Source of the DNA: Pyrobaculum calidifontis JCM 11548
GTDB lineage: Archaea; Thermoproteota; Thermoprotei; Thermoproteales; Thermoproteaceae
Length of the DNA stretch: 32,000 nucleotides
Assembly (NCBI RefSeq): GCF_000015805.1
Contig: NC_009073.1
Coordinates: 1,890,001-1,922,000 of the forward strand
Direction of reading: 5' to 3'
The notes beneath the pieces were generated by a model that was given only the letters and a program-made list of their open reading frames with translations, was not told the origin of the DNA and searched no databases. Shown piece by piece: positions 6,486 through 14,970 of this stretch; position 1 is the stretch's first letter, and each line of letters starts with the position of its first letter. The position numbers were made by a program, and so were the translations under genes.

Positions 6486-7511
6486 GTGATTGAGCTGGCA
6501 TACGTAGTGTCTAACGTATTGGGCGGGCTGTACCTCGCCATTCTGCTAATCGGCCTCGGCCAGCGGGCTAGGCCGGGCGGGGGACCCGAGGTTGAGAACT
6601 ACCTCGTGGTGGTGGTTACGGTTGGAGACTGGCGCGTGTTGCCCGCCTTGCGGGAGACGGTAGGGCGTCTAGAGGAGCTGGGGCTGAGGTACGTGGTCGT
6701 CTCGTCTAGGCCTCTGCCCTTCTCCAACGTGCTCGTCGTCCCGAGGGAGGAGGACGGCTCTAAGTACCGGGCTATTAGGTGGTTTGTTAAAAACTACGCC
6801 CGCGGCGACGTTTGGTACATATTCCTCGACGACGACAGCTACCCGCTCGACAGGCAGTTTCTGCGGGACATCGCCTACTACGGCGCTAGGGGGTACGTGG
6901 CGGGCAACGGGGTGCTCGTGCCTAGGCCGGGGAAGTCTAGACTCGCCTACGCCCTAGACTGGGTGAGGCATTTCGACGACTTGACTAGGCAGAGGCTGGC
7001 CCTCCGCCTCCTGAAGAGACCCATCTTCGGCCTCCACGGCGAGCTGCTAATCGTGAGGGGAGACGTGCTCAGAGAGATCTGGCCCTCCATGGGCGACACA
7101 GTCACAGAGGACTTCAGATTCGCCATGGAGCTACTCCGCCGCGGCTACAAAGTCTTCCAAACCTCCACCAGGGTGTCTGTGAAGAGCCCGAACTCCCTCC
7201 GCGACTTCCTCCGCCAGAGGGCCAGGTGGGCCAACTCCCTCCACGAGGCGCTCCGCTACGGCAACGCGGCCGCCGTCGCGGCCGTGGCCCTCTCAGCCGC
7301 CCTCTGGGCCACCGCCCCCCTGTGGGTCCTCTACGGGCCCAACCTAGCGGCAGTGGTGACTGGCATATACGCCGGCGTCTACGTGTACGGCAGCCTCAAG
7401 GCGAGGAGGTACATAGTTGACGTGTGGCTGGCCTCGCTCCTAGAACTCATAGGCCTACTAGCCGGCGCCGTAAGGAGGACACGCCACTTCTATGTAATAG
7501 ACAAGACCTAA
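6486..7511 (+). CDS. Family-2 glycosyltransferase with membrane-spanning N- and C-termini (processive, cellulose-synthase-like type)
   Basis: 341 aa. DxD motif in YIFLDDDSYP, Q-R-x-R-W motif (LRQRARWAN), and hydrophobic helices at both ends. Confidence 0.7.
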   Translation: MIELAYVVSNVLGGLYLAILLIGLGQRARPGGGPEVENYLVVVVTVGDWRVLPALRETVGRLEELGLRYVVVSSRPLPFSNVLVVPREEDGSKYRAIRWFVKNYARGDVWYIFLDDDSYPLDRQFLRDIAYYGARGYVAGNGVLVPRPGKSRLAYALDWVRHFDDLTRQRLALRLLKRPIFGLHGELLIVRGDVLREIWPSMGDTVTEDFRFAMELLRRGYKVFQTSTRVSVKSPNSLRDFLRQRARWANSLHEALRYGNAAAVAAVALSAALWATAPLWVLYGPNLAAVVTGIYAGVYVYGSLKARRYIVDVWLASLLELIGLLAGAVRRTRHFYVIDKT

Positions 7512-7726
7512 AGCCGCTATAGTACCATTTAAGACGGCACCATGCGTAGAAGGCCGTGGCATGGGATAGCAAGGGCGTAGGCTAATTTCAGCTATCCACA
7601 CATTTCTCTCTTGCAGACGACGAGTCTCTTGCAACGGGGAAGGTTTCTCTACGCCTACACTCTCATCGTACGTAATATTGCGTACTTCTTGCACCGATGC
7701 CTGAGGAGGACGTTGATAAATATGGA

Positions 7727-7834
7727 GGCCGCCGCCGGGACTCCCAGGGGTTTCCCCTTTTGAACCCGGGTCAACGGGACCACAACCCGCCCTTAGGCGC
7801 ATGGGCGTATCCTAGCCGCTAGACTACGGCGGCC
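7727..7834 (-). tRNA. tRNA-His (anticodon GUG) with two non-canonical introns, encoded G-1 and C73
   Basis: Minus strand: G(-1) GCCGCCG TA GTCT AGCGGCTA GGAT A [CGCCCATGCGCCTAAGG] GCGGG TTGTGGT CCCGT TGAC CCGGG TTCAAA[AGGGGAAACCCCTGGGAG]T CCCGG CGGCGGC C. The G-1:C73 pair is the histidine identity element. No CCA is encoded. Confidence 0.85.
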
Positions 7835-7853
7835 GGGGGTTTCTGAGCTAAAG

Positions 7854-7866
7854 TTTAAAAATTTTT
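7854..7866 (-). promoter_or_regulatory. TATA box for tRNA-His
   Basis: Minus strand AAAAATTTTTAAA; the TTTTTAAA core lies 19 nt upstream of G-1 (7834). Confidence 0.55.
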
Positions 7867-7994
7867 AGGGGGCCCCTGTGTGCAGAAGAGCGCGTGTATT
7901 TGCTTGTGTGCGTAATCTCTGCCTCTCTGAGTCATTGGCTGCTGGCGGCGTTCTTCAGCTGACAGTGTTGTAGACAAGTCGCTTAGGTGGCGCC

Positions 7995-8297
7995 TTAGGC
8001 CGTTTGGCGCTCTTGTTGCGTTGTCGTGGGCCCTCGGTATCCGTGGATTGGGTAGCGTCGGTAGTACAGTATCTGTTTTGTCTGATTGAGGTAGGCGATT
8101 AGCTGGTCTACTGTGGCCGCTGGCACGTAGTATATGTGCCGCTCGTCTGGCGATACGCCGAACATGGCGGTCTCGTTTGGCTTTAGGATGCCTAGCTCTT
8201 TCAGCTTGTCTATTATCTTAGTGGGGTGCGCCTGGCCATCTATGTCTATTTCCACGGCGTTTTTTGTGTCTATGTCTACTAACTTTAGCCGGGTCAT
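7995..8297 (-). CDS. Hypothetical 100-aa soluble protein, translationally coupled to nuoD
   Basis: ATG 8297-8295 overlaps the nuoD TGA 8296-8294 (ATGA). The protein is MTRLKLVDIDTKNAVEIDIDGQAHPTKIIDKLKELG..., with no Cys and no motif I recognise. The longer ORF-track version (to 8669) is the same frame read through nuoD. Confidence 0.55.
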   Translation of the reverse strand: MTRLKLVDIDTKNAVEIDIDGQAHPTKIIDKLKELGILKPNETAMFGVSPDERHIYYVPAATVDQLIAYLNQTKQILYYRRYPIHGYRGPTTTQQERQTA

Positions 8298-9514
8298 CTG
8301 TCCGCCTCCGGCGGGAAGTAGCCGAATGACATGTATATGGCCGGCATGTCGGCTAGCCTCTGGTCCTTCATGGCCTCTATCATTGCCCGCAGATTGCGCC
8401 AGCTGGGGGTCACGAATCGCATTCTGTAGAGCCGCTGAGTCCCCGTGGCAAATATGTGGACGTAGGCGAGGCCCCTGGAGGCCTCCGCCATGCCCATGTG
8501 CTCCCCTGGCTCGGGGTAGAGATAGGTGTAGACTCCGAGTATTCCGGACATGCCCTCTCGCCTGTGTTCTGGGTTTTTGACGAGGAGGGCTTGGTCGACT
8601 ACGTCTCCCTCTGGGAGGCTTCTCAGGGCTTGTCTGACGAGGTCTATGGAGGCGTAGACCTCGCGCCACCTGGCCATGACTCTTGCAAGGGCGTCGCCGG
8701 CCTTCTCCACCACTGGCTCAAAATCTATTTCTCGGTAGGCGTCGTAGGGGTAGGCGGACCGCACGTCGAAGTCTATGCCGGACCCTCTGGCGAATGGCCC
8801 CACTGCCCCGACCTCGGCCGCCGCCTTGGCGTCTAAGACTCCGACGCCCTCCAGCCTGGCCTTGGTCACTGGGTTGTCTAAGAACAGCGTCTTGAAGTCG
8901 CCGAGCTTCTTCTCCACCTTGGCCAAGAGCCTCTCCACCAGCGCGATGTGCTCTGGCTTGAAGTCCCGCCTCACGCCGCCCGGCGCCGGGTACGATATAG
9001 TGGTGCGGGCCCCTGTTATCTTGGCGAATACCTCGGCGAATAGGTCCTGTAGGGCGAAGCCCCACATGAAGGCCGTGGAGTGGCCGAGGAATATGCCCAG
9101 GAGGGCTAGGTCGTAGAGGTGTGTCCTTATCCGGGAGAGCTCCGCCATGATTAAGCGGAGGTACTGCGCCCTGGGAGGCGGCTCTAGGCCTAGGGCCTTC
9201 TCGAGCGCCAATACCGCCGGGTACGTTATATTCATGCTGTCCATTATTGAGGCCTTCTCCACGAGAGGTATCAACGTCCAGTAGGGCCTGTTCTCGGCCA
9301 GCTTCTCCACGCCGCGGTGGACAAAGCCCGGGTCTGGGACTACGTCCACTATTATGTCCCCGTCCAACACTAGGAACAGCCTCATGTGGCCAGAGCCTGG
9401 GTGCTGTGGGCCTACCACTAGCACAAGGCCGCGGCGGCCCCTCAAGAGCTCCTCCTCCCTCTCTACGAAGAAGGTGTCCCCGAACTTGGCCGTGAACGGC
9501 CACTCACTCTGCAT
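8294..9514 (-). CDS. nuoD: Complex-I subunit D (49-kDa / NuoD)
   Basis: 406 aa. GPQHPGSGHMRLFLVLDGDIIVDVVPDPGFVHRGVEKLAE and the downstream RIRTHL / TGAR regions match NuoD. There is no fused NuoC domain. Confidence 0.9.
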   Translation of the reverse strand: MQSEWPFTAKFGDTFFVEREEELLRGRRGLVLVVGPQHPGSGHMRLFLVLDGDIIVDVVPDPGFVHRGVEKLAENRPYWTLIPLVEKASIMDSMNITYPAVLALEKALGLEPPPRAQYLRLIMAELSRIRTHLYDLALLGIFLGHSTAFMWGFALQDLFAEVFAKITGARTTISYPAPGGVRRDFKPEHIALVERLLAKVEKKLGDFKTLFLDNPVTKARLEGVGVLDAKAAAEVGAVGPFARGSGIDFDVRSAYPYDAYREIDFEPVVEKAGDALARVMARWREVYASIDLVRQALRSLPEGDVVDQALLVKNPEHRREGMSGILGVYTYLYPEPGEHMGMAEASRGLAYVHIFATGTQRLYRMRFVTPSWRNLRAMIEAMKDQRLADMPAIYMSFGYFPPEADR

Positions 9515-9941
9515 ATATCTTGTCCTGGAGGTTTTTCACCGCTTTTAGGAGGGCCTCGGGGGTCGGGGGGCAGCCGGAGACGTATTGGTGGACTGGCACC
9601 ACCTTGGAGGCGGGGACCATGTGGTAGCTCCCGTAGAAGACCCCGCCCTTAATGGCGCAGGCGCCCATGGCTATTACGTACTTGGGCTCGGGCATCTGCT
9701 CGTATACATATTTTACAAACTTCGCCATCTTCATGGTGATCGTGCCCTCAATCACAATTATGTTGCTCTGCCTAAGGGAGCCCATGGGAAGCATTCCAAA
9801 CCTCTCGGCGTCGTAGGCGGAGCCGAAGGCGTGGCCGAACTCCACGCCGCAACAGGCGGTGACGAGGTGGGGCGGCCATAGAGACCACTTAGTGCCCCAC
9901 TTGGCCACCTTGTCCACGGTCTTTTTCAAAAGAGTTCTCAT
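9504..9941 (-). CDS. nuoB: Complex-I subunit B (20-kDa / PSST / NuoB)
   Basis: 145 aa with the N2-cluster ligands: tandem CC (TACCGVEF), GACA and GCPP. It overlaps the nuoD start by 11 nt. Confidence 0.9.
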   Translation of the reverse strand: MRTLLKKTVDKVAKWGTKWSLWPPHLVTACCGVEFGHAFGSAYDAERFGMLPMGSLRQSNIIVIEGTITMKMAKFVKYVYEQMPEPKYVIAMGACAIKGGVFYGSYHMVPASKVVPVHQYVSGCPPTPEALLKAVKNLQDKIYAE

Positions 9942-9958
9942 GGGTTTAACGCCGCTTC

Positions 9959-9968
9959 CCTTTAAAAA
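9959..9968 (-). promoter_or_regulatory. TATA box of the nuoB-nuoD-orf100 unit
   Basis: Minus strand CTTTTTAAAG lies 18-19 nt upstream of ATG 9941, within a 90-nt very AT-rich spacer. Confidence 0.55.
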
Positions 9969-10031
9969 GATTTTTAAAAATTTTATATAATTAAAATTTC
10001 TTCTCCAGGTACTTTAAATTTCGACCATTGT

Positions 10032-10382
10032 CTAACTCCACCTCTTTATGTCTCCTAGCACCCTTAGATAGGCGGCTACGAACGCTGCCACAACTGCCAA
10101 GGAGAGGGCCAAGGCGGCGAAGAGGCCGGGGGATGCGCCGCCGCTCAGAAGTGCGTAGACGATCAAGAGCCCCGCCACCGCCTCCGCCGCTGTGACGAGG
10201 TATATGTAGCCGACGTACTGGGCCACCAGCCTCCTCTTAACCTCGCCGTATGGGGGATTGCCTGCCTCAAACCTCCGCTCTTTGACCTCGCTTGGCTTCT
10301 TGGGCGCGAGTCTGTAGCCCACGTAGACGAGGGCGGCCAAGGCGGCGAAGAGGAGGGCTAGGAAGAGGAGAAGGGCGGTCAT
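10032..10382 (-). CDS. nuoA: Complex-I subunit A (NuoA/ND3-like)
   Basis: 116 aa, three hydrophobic helices. The loop motif RFEAGNPPYGE corresponds to the Y/F-E-x-G...P-x-G signature of NuoA. It overlaps the nuoH stop by 4 nt. Confidence 0.7.
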   Translation of the reverse strand: MTALLLFLALLFAALAALVYVGYRLAPKKPSEVKERRFEAGNPPYGEVKRRLVAQYVGYIYLVTAAEAVAGLLIVYALLSGGASPGLFAALALSLAVVAAFVAAYLRVLGDIKRWS

Positions 10383-11353
10383 GCCACGCCGGCGGCCTTA
10401 AGCGCCGCGGAGAGGGCCACGGCGGCCACCGCCAGCGCCAGCAATTTGCTCCAGCCTAGCCTAAGGGCTTGGTCGATCCTGTAGCGGGGGTAGATGGCTC
10501 TTAGGAGTAGCAGCGGGACTGTGAGTAGGGCGGCCTTGACGACCACCGCCAGCGCGCCTAGCAACAAGTCGCCGAAGGGGGACCACCCGCCGAGGAACAG
10601 CACTGCGCCCAGGAGGACGCCTGCGTACATCTTGACGTAGTTGGCCCCAAAGGAGAGGATGAAGAGGGTAGAGCCGTACTCAGTATACGGCCCCAGCACC
10701 ACCTCAGGCTCTGCCTCGGGGATTTCGAAGGGGAACCTTGTGGTGGACATGGCCAACGATATGTAGAAGGCGAGGAAGGCGAGGGGGTTGAGGAGGACGC
10801 CCCAGAGGCTCTGCCTCTCCACGACGGCGTAGGGGTCGGCCGTGCCGTACAAGATGAACATGGCCAACACGGAGAGAAGGAGGGGGACCTCGTAGGCAGC
10901 GGTGAGGAGGATCTCTCTCACGGCGCCTATGTAAGTGAACTTGTCCGCCTCCGCCCACGCCATCCCCACTAAAAACACCGGAATGAGCAACCACGTCACC
11001 ACGGCCAGCGCCAGGCCGTAAGAGTGGTGGAATATGACCAGGCCAGGGGCCACCGCGATGAAGACCACTGGCACAGCCTCGGCGACGAAGAGGAGGAGGG
11101 GCGTCAGGGCGAAGAGGTGCCTATTGGTGTGTCTGGGGAGGACGAGCTCGGAGAACACTAGTTTTATGAGGTCTGCTATGGGCTGGAGAAAGCCCCCCAG
11201 CGGCTTAGAGACGTAGAGGGGGCCGTAGCGCCACTGTACCCTCGCCACCAGCTTCCGCTCGGCCCATATGGCCACTACGAGGAAGCCGAGGATTCCCGCT
11301 ATCCCTGGGAATATGAGCGCCGCGAGGATGTCGCTTGGGATGCCCGCGATCAT
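10379..11353 (-). CDS. nuoH: Complex-I subunit H (NuoH/ND1)
   Basis: 324 aa polytopic protein. WAERKLVARVQWRYGP and ...FPFEIPEAEPEVV... match conserved NuoH segments. Confidence 0.85.
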   Translation of the reverse strand: MIAGIPSDILAALIFPGIAGILGFLVVAIWAERKLVARVQWRYGPLYVSKPLGGFLQPIADLIKLVFSELVLPRHTNRHLFALTPLLLFVAEAVPVVFIAVAPGLVIFHHSYGLALAVVTWLLIPVFLVGMAWAEADKFTYIGAVREILLTAAYEVPLLLSVLAMFILYGTADPYAVVERQSLWGVLLNPLAFLAFYISLAMSTTRFPFEIPEAEPEVVLGPYTEYGSTLFILSFGANYVKMYAGVLLGAVLFLGGWSPFGDLLLGALAVVVKAALLTVPLLLLRAIYPRYRIDQALRLGWSKLLALAVAAVALSAALKAAGVA

Positions 11354-11748
11354 ACCAGCGACTTGTCCCCGACATCGGCGGCCACGGAGCCGGGCGTCAT
11401 CTCCTTGGGCTTCTTATACGTGTCGAGGCTGTCCCACGTGATTTCTATGTGGGCCGTGTGCTGAAGGGAGCCGGTGGGACAAGCGTCTACGCAGTAGCCG
11501 CAGAGTATGCACCTCCCCCAGTCTATCCCGGGGTACCTCTTGCCGTCTTCCTCTAGGTGGAATTTTATGGCCTTGGCGGGGCAGACCGCCTCGCACAGCT
11601 GGCAAGAGATGCACTTAGACTTGTCGTTTACTATAAATCCCCGGGGGGCCGGGCCGTAGTCTCTCCTCTCCTCGGGCCATCTAACGGTCCACGGCTTTTC
11701 AAATAGGTTTTTTAGAGCTACTGCGAAGAGCTTTATGTGAGTGATCAT
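11350..11748 (-). CDS. nuoI: Complex-I subunit I (NuoI/TYKY, 2x[4Fe-4S])
   Basis: 132 aa with two ferredoxin-type motifs, CISCQLCEAVCP and CILCGYCVDACP. ATG 11748-11746 overlaps the TGA (11747-11745) of the oxidoreductase beta gene. Confidence 0.85.
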   Translation of the reverse strand: MITHIKLFAVALKNLFEKPWTVRWPEERRDYGPAPRGFIVNDKSKCISCQLCEAVCPAKAIKFHLEEDGKRYPGIDWGRCILCGYCVDACPTGSLQHTAHIEITWDSLDTYKKPKEMTPGSVAADVGDKSLV

Positions 11749-12815
11749 TTAGCGCCCCGCGGCGTCATGCAGGGGAGGCTTGGGTCCACGGGGCCTATCA
11801 CCTCTCTGCCCACCATTCTATTTATCTCGGCCACGTCTCTGTCAATGATGGCCTGTATCATGTCTATCTCCTCTGGCTTCAAGTGCTTGAACCTGCCCTG
11901 TAGCTGTAAGAAGCACTTCACCGGCTTCCTCTTGGGGACGGGTATCGTGACTCTAAACTCGCCGTTTTCAATCTCGTAGTTGACCCAGTACCCCGTCTCT
12001 GTGGCCAGCTCCAAGACCCGTATCGCGTACTTGGGCTCAAACCTCCAGCCTGGGGTACACGACTGGAGTATGTGTATGAAGGAGGGGCCGTCCACCTCCG
12101 CCGCCTTCTTTATCTTCATGACCATGTCGTGGACGTAGGCCGGGTTGGCCGTGGCCACGTAGGGAATTCCGTGGGCCGCCGCGATGAGGGCCATGGGCTT
12201 CTTATGAGTGACGTTCCCAGGCACCTTCCTCCCGGCGGGGGCCGTCGTTGTAGATGCGCCTAGGGGCGTGGTGCCGCTACGCTGTATGCCCGTGTTCATG
12301 TAGCCCTCGTTGTCGTACATGATGTAGATCACCCGGTGGCCCCTCTCCAGCATGCCGCTCAGTGCCTGGAACCCGATGTCCGCCGTCCCGCCGTCGCCTG
12401 CGAAGACCACGACGTTTATCTTCCTGTTGGGGTCAATTACGCCGCGCCTCTTCAAGGCCTTGATGGCGGCCTCTATGCCAGAGGCCACAGAGCCCCCGTT
12501 ACCAAAGGCCACGTGCATCCAGGGGACGGCCCAGTTGGTGCGCGGATAGACGACGGTGGACACCTCGGCGCATCCGGTGGGATTCACCACGACTGTGTCT
12601 GGCCCCAAGACCTTTAACATGTGTCTAGCGATGACGCCTATGGTGCACGACGCGCATAGGCCGTGGCCTGGGAGAAACAGCTCCTCCTGCGGCAGTTCAA
12701 AGTTGGCGTACTCGTAGAGGCCGGCGTACTCCTCTGCCACTTTTACGCCGGGTATGCCAAGCGAGTGGCGCCTTATGTATATCTTCTCCCGGAATCTACC
12801 CTTGACCTCACTCAT
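11745..12815 (-). CDS. 2-oxoacid:ferredoxin oxidoreductase, beta (TPP-binding) subunit
   Basis: 356 aa. Conserved Cys region GHGLCASCTIG and TPP motif VVFAGDGGTADIGFQALSG...YDNEGYMNTG, typical of PorB/VorB. Confidence 0.9.
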   Translation of the reverse strand: MSEVKGRFREKIYIRRHSLGIPGVKVAEEYAGLYEYANFELPQEELFLPGHGLCASCTIGVIARHMLKVLGPDTVVVNPTGCAEVSTVVYPRTNWAVPWMHVAFGNGGSVASGIEAAIKALKRRGVIDPNRKINVVVFAGDGGTADIGFQALSGMLERGHRVIYIMYDNEGYMNTGIQRSGTTPLGASTTTAPAGRKVPGNVTHKKPMALIAAAHGIPYVATANPAYVHDMVMKIKKAAEVDGPSFIHILQSCTPGWRFEPKYAIRVLELATETGYWVNYEIENGEFRVTIPVPKRKPVKCFLQLQGRFKHLKPEEIDMIQAIIDRDVAEINRMVGREVIGPVDPSLPCMTPRGAK

Positions 12816-14016
12816 AGCCTCCCCTGAGGCCCAGAGTGTATGTCTGCCCAGGTGCCCAATGGCCTTTGTGGATCTTCCAACCGGCTTCGTATATCATGTC
12901 GCTGTCTATTGCCCTCATGCCAATGGTGGCTAAGATGTTGTACACGGGCTTGTGCAACGTGGCGGCCACCTCCACCGCCATGGGGCCCTGGAGCGGGCCG
13001 CCGTGGTTAATTGTCCTGTCTATTACAGCGACTTTGTCGACGTGGCCTAGGAGCTTTCTCAAGAGGTCGTAGGGCCAGGGCCTTATGACCCTCAGCCTCA
13101 GGGCCCCCGCCTTGACGCCCTCTGAGCGCAACCGGTCGACGGCCTTTTTCACAAGCCCAAAGATGGAGCCGTAGGTGACTATCGCCACTTCTGCGTCCTC
13201 TAGCCGGTAGGGGACCGCGAGCCCGTAGCTTCTGCCAAACCACTTGCAGTACTCGGAGTCGACTTCCTCGATTACTTTTATAGACTCTCTAAGAGCCTCT
13301 ACCGCCTGCCACCTAACCTCCCAGTACCACTCAGGCGTGCCCACTGCGCCCAGCTGCGCCGGGTTGTCCACGTCCAGCTTAACCCAGCTCCTGGTAATAG
13401 GCGCAAACCTTATCACCTCCTCCTCGTCCTCTGGCACGTCGAGCGGCTGGAGGACGTGGCTTGTCCAAAAGCCGTCGTAGGCCACGGCCACGGGCAAGTG
13501 GACGCGGGAGTCCTCTGCGACTCTGTACGCCTGTATTATTGTGTCAAAAGCCTCCTGCGCGTTTTGCACAATGTAGATAATCCAGCCGAGCTCCCTCATA
13601 GACATCACATCGCTGTAGTCACCCCAGACGTTTATTGGGGCTGAGGCCGTCCTCGCGGCTATGCCCATCACAATGGGTAGGCGCATGCCCACAGCTATGG
13701 GCAAGTTTTCGTACATGTGGAACAGCCCTTGCGAAGACGTCTCGGTGAAGGTTCTGGCCCCCATGGCTGAGGCGCCTATCACCGCGGACATGGCCGAGTG
13801 CTCCGACTCCACCGGTATATACTCGGCGTCTAGCTCGCCGTTGTTTACATACTCCGCCAGCTTCTCCACTGCCGGGGTCTGGGGCGTTATGGGGTAGGCC
13901 GCAATTACTTCAACTTTGGCCATCTTAACCGCCAGGGCCACTGCGTGGTTCCCCGTGAGCGCTATCCGCCTCTGCGCAACCCTTCTCTCCCTTGGGATAA
14001 CTGCCTGCGCCGTCAT
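12808..14016 (-). CDS. 2-oxoacid:ferredoxin oxidoreductase, alpha subunit
   Basis: 402 aa. LTGNHAVALAVKMAKVEVIAAYPITPQT...ESEHSAMSAVIGASAMGARTFTETSSQG is the PorA/VorA N-terminal signature. It overlaps the beta gene by 8 nt and the gamma/delta gene by 4 nt. Confidence 0.9.
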   Translation of the reverse strand: MTAQAVIPRERRVAQRRIALTGNHAVALAVKMAKVEVIAAYPITPQTPAVEKLAEYVNNGELDAEYIPVESEHSAMSAVIGASAMGARTFTETSSQGLFHMYENLPIAVGMRLPIVMGIAARTASAPINVWGDYSDVMSMRELGWIIYIVQNAQEAFDTIIQAYRVAEDSRVHLPVAVAYDGFWTSHVLQPLDVPEDEEEVIRFAPITRSWVKLDVDNPAQLGAVGTPEWYWEVRWQAVEALRESIKVIEEVDSEYCKWFGRSYGLAVPYRLEDAEVAIVTYGSIFGLVKKAVDRLRSEGVKAGALRLRVIRPWPYDLLRKLLGHVDKVAVIDRTINHGGPLQGPMAVEVAATLHKPVYNILATIGMRAIDSDMIYEAGWKIHKGHWAPGQTYTLGLRGGYE

Positions 14017-14951
14017 ATCTCCCTAACCATCTGTATTGCCCCAGTTGGGCACACCTCAGCGCACACGCCGCAACCCTTGCAGAAGGCGTAGTCAAAGTCT
14101 ATGAACTTCATGCGGAACTTCCTCCCCCTGGGCCCCTCCACCTCTCTCCAGGCCTCTATTATAGCGTCGTCGGGGCAGTACAGCCAGCACTTGCGGCACA
14201 TTATACACTTGGAGTGGTCTATCACCGGCTTGTCAATGCGCCAGCCCCCCGTCGTGTAGAAGAAGCTTGTGCCCGGGAAGACAGCCCCAGCCTTGTTCAC
14301 CTCTTGCCAGCCCACGATGTCGTACGGCCCAGTCAAGAAGGCAGAGGTTGTGGATATGATGCCCTTCGGCTTAGCCGACTTGTCCACTCTCTCTGGGGGT
14401 ATGACCACAGCCGTCTCGTAGGCCTCCTTAGTTGCCGCGAAGTTCTCCTCAACCGCCTTCCCCAGCTGGGTTTCAAACGCTTGTCTTATGGACTCCAGGG
14501 AGGGGAAGCCCATCACCTTGGCAAAGGCGCCAGCCAGCGGCCCGTTGGGAATGTCCAGCTTCAAGTGACGTCTTGCTATGTCTATGGCATCTAACACAAC
14601 TAGGTAGACGTCGTCTCTGCCCACGAGCTTCCTCGCCTCCTCTGGCCTCTTACCTGTGTTGAGAATTATGTAGCCGCCAGGCTTGACTGCGTCTATGGCA
14701 AACCTCATTGGGTCAATTAACTTGTCGTCGAAGATCACGGCCACGTCGGGGGTCTTCACCGGCTCTTGGTCCTCTATGGGGTCTTTGCTAACTGTGAGAA
14801 AGGCCTTGACGGGGGCGCCCCTCCTCTCGGCGCCGAACTCGGGGTTGGCAATGGCGTAGAGCCCGTCTATCACCGCGGCGTTTGCTATAATGTACGTGGC
14901 TGTGACAATGCCCTGCCCGCCGCGGCCTAGCCAGACTGTCTCCACCCGCAT
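14013..14951 (-). CDS. 2-oxoacid:ferredoxin oxidoreductase, fused gamma-delta subunit
   Basis: From ATG 14951: MRVETVWLGRGGQGIVTA... (gamma domain), followed in the same ORF by CIMCRKCWLYCP and CKGCGVCAEVCP (delta, 2x[4Fe-4S]). The start was moved from the ORF-track 14993 on TATA spacing. Confidence 0.85.
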   Translation of the reverse strand: MRVETVWLGRGGQGIVTATYIIANAAVIDGLYAIANPEFGAERRGAPVKAFLTVSKDPIEDQEPVKTPDVAVIFDDKLIDPMRFAIDAVKPGGYIILNTGKRPEEARKLVGRDDVYLVVLDAIDIARRHLKLDIPNGPLAGAFAKVMGFPSLESIRQAFETQLGKAVEENFAATKEAYETAVVIPPERVDKSAKPKGIISTTSAFLTGPYDIVGWQEVNKAGAVFPGTSFFYTTGGWRIDKPVIDHSKCIMCRKCWLYCPDDAIIEAWREVEGPRGRKFRMKFIDFDYAFCKGCGVCAEVCPTGAIQMVREI

Positions 14952-14970
14952 GGGTCTACCCCGTAGCATC

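Noticed and set aside
6317-6541. 74-aa minus-strand ORF across the GC-rich element
   Set aside because: The translation is low-complexity (PAPPGGGPGSGPGGG). The ORF has no promoter at proper spacing and runs into the GT2 gene start. It is better explained as a non-coding structured element.
7549-7559. 11-mer GAAGGCCGTGG shared with the terminal arm of the 6307-6443 element, as evidence of a MITE family
   Set aside because: A single short match in GC-rich DNA is insufficient. It is kept only as a note inside other findings, pending a genome-wide copy count.
7600-7690. Possible C/D-box sRNA on the minus strand (CGATGAG ... CTGA)
   Set aside because: The C box is imperfect. The boxes are about 80 nt apart, with no credible C'/D' at 12-nt spacing.
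7458-7802. 114-aa minus-strand ORF
   Set aside because: It overlaps tRNA-His and the non-coding spacer, has no promoter, and its composition is not protein-like.
7995-8669. 224-aa version of the ORF downstream of nuoD
   Set aside because: Its upstream 124 codons are an alternate frame of nuoD (Arg/Pro-rich). The internal ATG 8297 overlapping the nuoD stop is the credible start.
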